A stretch of 62,377 nt of DNA, filler included. It is 5 parts of 5 records of this genome, joined end to end, with 100 filler letters (N's around TTAATTAATTAA, not from the genome) between each part and the next. Parts side by side here need not be neighbours in the genome. Positions count along the whole stretch, not along the records: positions 47,190 to 62,377 come from DRR723986_13600; 4 more parts are not named here. One strand, written 5' to 3'. Under the pieces are notes generated by a model, which saw nothing but the letters and a program-made list of their open reading frames with translations, made no database searches and was not told where the DNA came from. The translations under genes were made by a program, and so were the position numbers. Shown here piece after piece: positions 60,762 through 62,377 of the stretch; position 1 is the stretch's first letter; every line of letters begins with the position of its first letter.

Positions 60762-61691
60762 TTACAGTTTTTCGGTCAGTTGGGGCACCACATCAAACAA
60801 ATCACCCACCAAGCCATAATCAGCCACACCGAAAATCGGTGCTTCAGGGTCTTTGTTCACGGCCACAATCACCTTGCTGTCTTTCATGCCAGCCAAGTGC
60901 TGAATGGCGCCAGAAATACCGAAGGCCATGTACAACTGGGGCGCCACGATTTTGCCGGTTTGACCAACCTGCCAGTCGTTGGGTGCGTAACCTGCATCCA
61001 CCGCAGCACGTGAAGCGCCGATTGCTGCATTCAACTTGTCGGCCAACGGATTCAGGATGCTGAAGTTCTCGGCTGAACCCACACCACGACCACCAGAAAT
61101 AATGGTGCCTGCTGCAGTCAGTTCCGGACGATCGCTCTTGGCCACTTCGCGGCTGACAAATGTGGATTTGCCAGAATCGGCAGTAGCGCTCAGATTTTCA
61201 ATGGCAGCAGAACCGCCTTCGGCCGCGACTGGGTCAAATGCGGTGGTGCGCACAGTGATTACTTTGGTCGCGTCAGAAGACTGAACCGTGGCGATCACGT
61301 TGCCCGCATAAATCGGGCGTGTGAAGGTGTCCGCACTTTCAACACTGATGATGTCGGAAATTTGTGCAACGTCCAGCTTGGCCGCCACTCGTGGCAATAC
61401 GTTTTTGCCCACGCTAGTTGCAGGTGCCAAAATGTGGCCATAGCTGCCAGCGATTGCAAGAATTTGCGCGCCTAAGTTTTCTGCCAACTGGTCGCCCAGC
61501 GCGTCCGAATCAGCGACCAACACCTTGGCCACGCCCGCAGCCTTGGCGGCCTGTTCAGCGGCAGCGCCACAACCCTTGCCGGAAACCAGCACATGGATGT
61601 CGCCACCAATTTTCTGGGCCGCAGCAATGGTGTTCAATGTGGCGGGCTTGATACTTTGATTGTCGTGTTCTGCAATGACGAGTACTGACAT
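60762..61691 (-). CDS. etfA: Electron transfer flavoprotein alpha subunit
   Basis: RPIYAGN, SGGRG, ASRAAVDAG, QVGQTGK, GISGAIQH. Confidence 0.97.
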   Translation of the reverse strand: MSVLVIAEHDNQSIKPATLNTIAAAQKIGGDIHVLVSGKGCGAAAEQAAKAAGVAKVLVADSDALGDQLAENLGAQILAIAGSYGHILAPATSVGKNVLPRVAAKLDVAQISDIISVESADTFTRPIYAGNVIATVQSSDATKVITVRTTAFDPVAAEGGSAAIENLSATADSGKSTFVSREVAKSDRPELTAAGTIISGGRGVGSAENFSILNPLADKLNAAIGASRAAVDAGYAPNDWQVGQTGKIVAPQLYMAFGISGAIQHLAGMKDSKVIVAVNKDPEAPIFGVADYGLVGDLFDVVPQLTEKL

Positions 61692-61716
61692 GATTTGTGC
61701 TCCTTTTGTCCCTGAT

Positions 61717-62377
61717 TTAGATCACTTTGGCTTCGTTCTTCAACTTGTCGATCAACGTCGCCACATCGGGCACGGTGATACCGGCTGAACGCACGGGTGG
61801 ATCACTTACTTTCAGGGTTTTGATGCGAGGATCAACATTCACGCCCAGGTCAGCGGGCTTGATGGTGTCGATCTGTTTTTTCTTGGCCTTCATGATGTTG
61901 GGCAAAGTCACATAACGTGGCTCATTCAGGCGCAGGTCTGTGGTCACCACAGCGGGCAGACTCAGGCTGACTGTTTCCAGACCACCATCAACCTCACGGG
62001 TCACATTGACCTTGCCACCTTCAACAACGACCTTGGAAGCGAATGTGCCCTGTGGCATGTCGCCCAAAGCAGCCAACATCTGACCAGTCTGGTTGCAATC
62101 GTCGTCAATGGCCTGCTTGCCCATAATGACCAGGTCAATGCCTTCTTTCTCAACAATTGCTTTCAGGATTTTGGCGACAGCCAAGGGTTGCAGCTCAACA
62201 TCGGTTTCAACCAAAATACCGCGATCAGCACCAATGGCGGCGGCTGTACGCAGGGTTTCAACACACTGGGCAACGCCACAGCTGACAGCAATCACTTCAG
62301 TGGCCACGCCAGCTTCTTTCAGGCGGGTGGCTTCTTCAACAGCGATTTCGTCGAAGGGGTTCATCGACATCTTCACG
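61717..62377 (-). CDS. etfB: Electron transfer flavoprotein beta subunit (5' truncated)
   Basis: [33 protein letters not shown]. Confidence 0.97.
   Translation of the reverse strand, partial: VKMSMNPFDEIAVEEATRLKEAGVATEVIAVSCGVAQCVETLRTAAAIGADRGILVETDVELQPLAVAKILKAIVEKEGIDLVIMGKQAIDDDCNQTGQMLAALGDMPQGTFASKVVVEGGKVNVTREVDGGLETVSLSLPAVVTTDLRLNEPRYVTLPNIMKAKKKQIDTIKPADLGVNVDPRIKTLKVSDPPVRSAGITVPDVATLIDKLKNEAKVI

Overview
The window is not one locus. It is five contigs joined by identical 100-bp artificial linkers (N44-TTAATTAATTAA-N44) at 13774-13873, 22511-22610, 28681-28780 and 47090-47189. Taxonomic calls below are inferences from protein similarity and base composition. (1) 1-13773, GC-rich alphaproteobacterium (Hyphomonadaceae-like): tkt, zauP-like/zapA, PduO-type adenosyltransferase, MBL hydrolase, mprF, DUF4175, lysA, two lipoproteins, argH, TlpA, a frameshifted SNase-like nuclease and the end of rpmE. 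(2) 13874-22510, Rhodobacteraceae-like: end of an IOR-family gene, a TPR-sulfotransferase, and an operon of ABC ATPases, 3-hydroxyacid dehydrogenase, beta-keto-acid cleavage enzyme, lactonase, SDR and glycerate kinase that reads as a variant oxidative 2-deoxy-sugar (deoxyribose-type) pathway. (3) 22611-28680 and (5) 47190-62377, mid-GC betaproteobacterium (Limnobacter-like): mostly housekeeping genes (MCP, xth, prlC, folD; ftsH, rlmE, yhbY, greA, carAB, BASS, LysR, acyl-CoA dehydrogenase, etfAB), plus a LysR-divergent small peptide. (4) 28781-47089, AT-rich Bacteroidota: an array of orphan membrane and lipoprotein genes headed by a repeated hairpin+promoter module, a MocR-controlled triple-GNAT operon with a visible operator, a T9SS metalloprotease, hutG and heptamer tandem repeats. 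No rRNA, tRNA, CRISPR array, integrase or transposase was seen.
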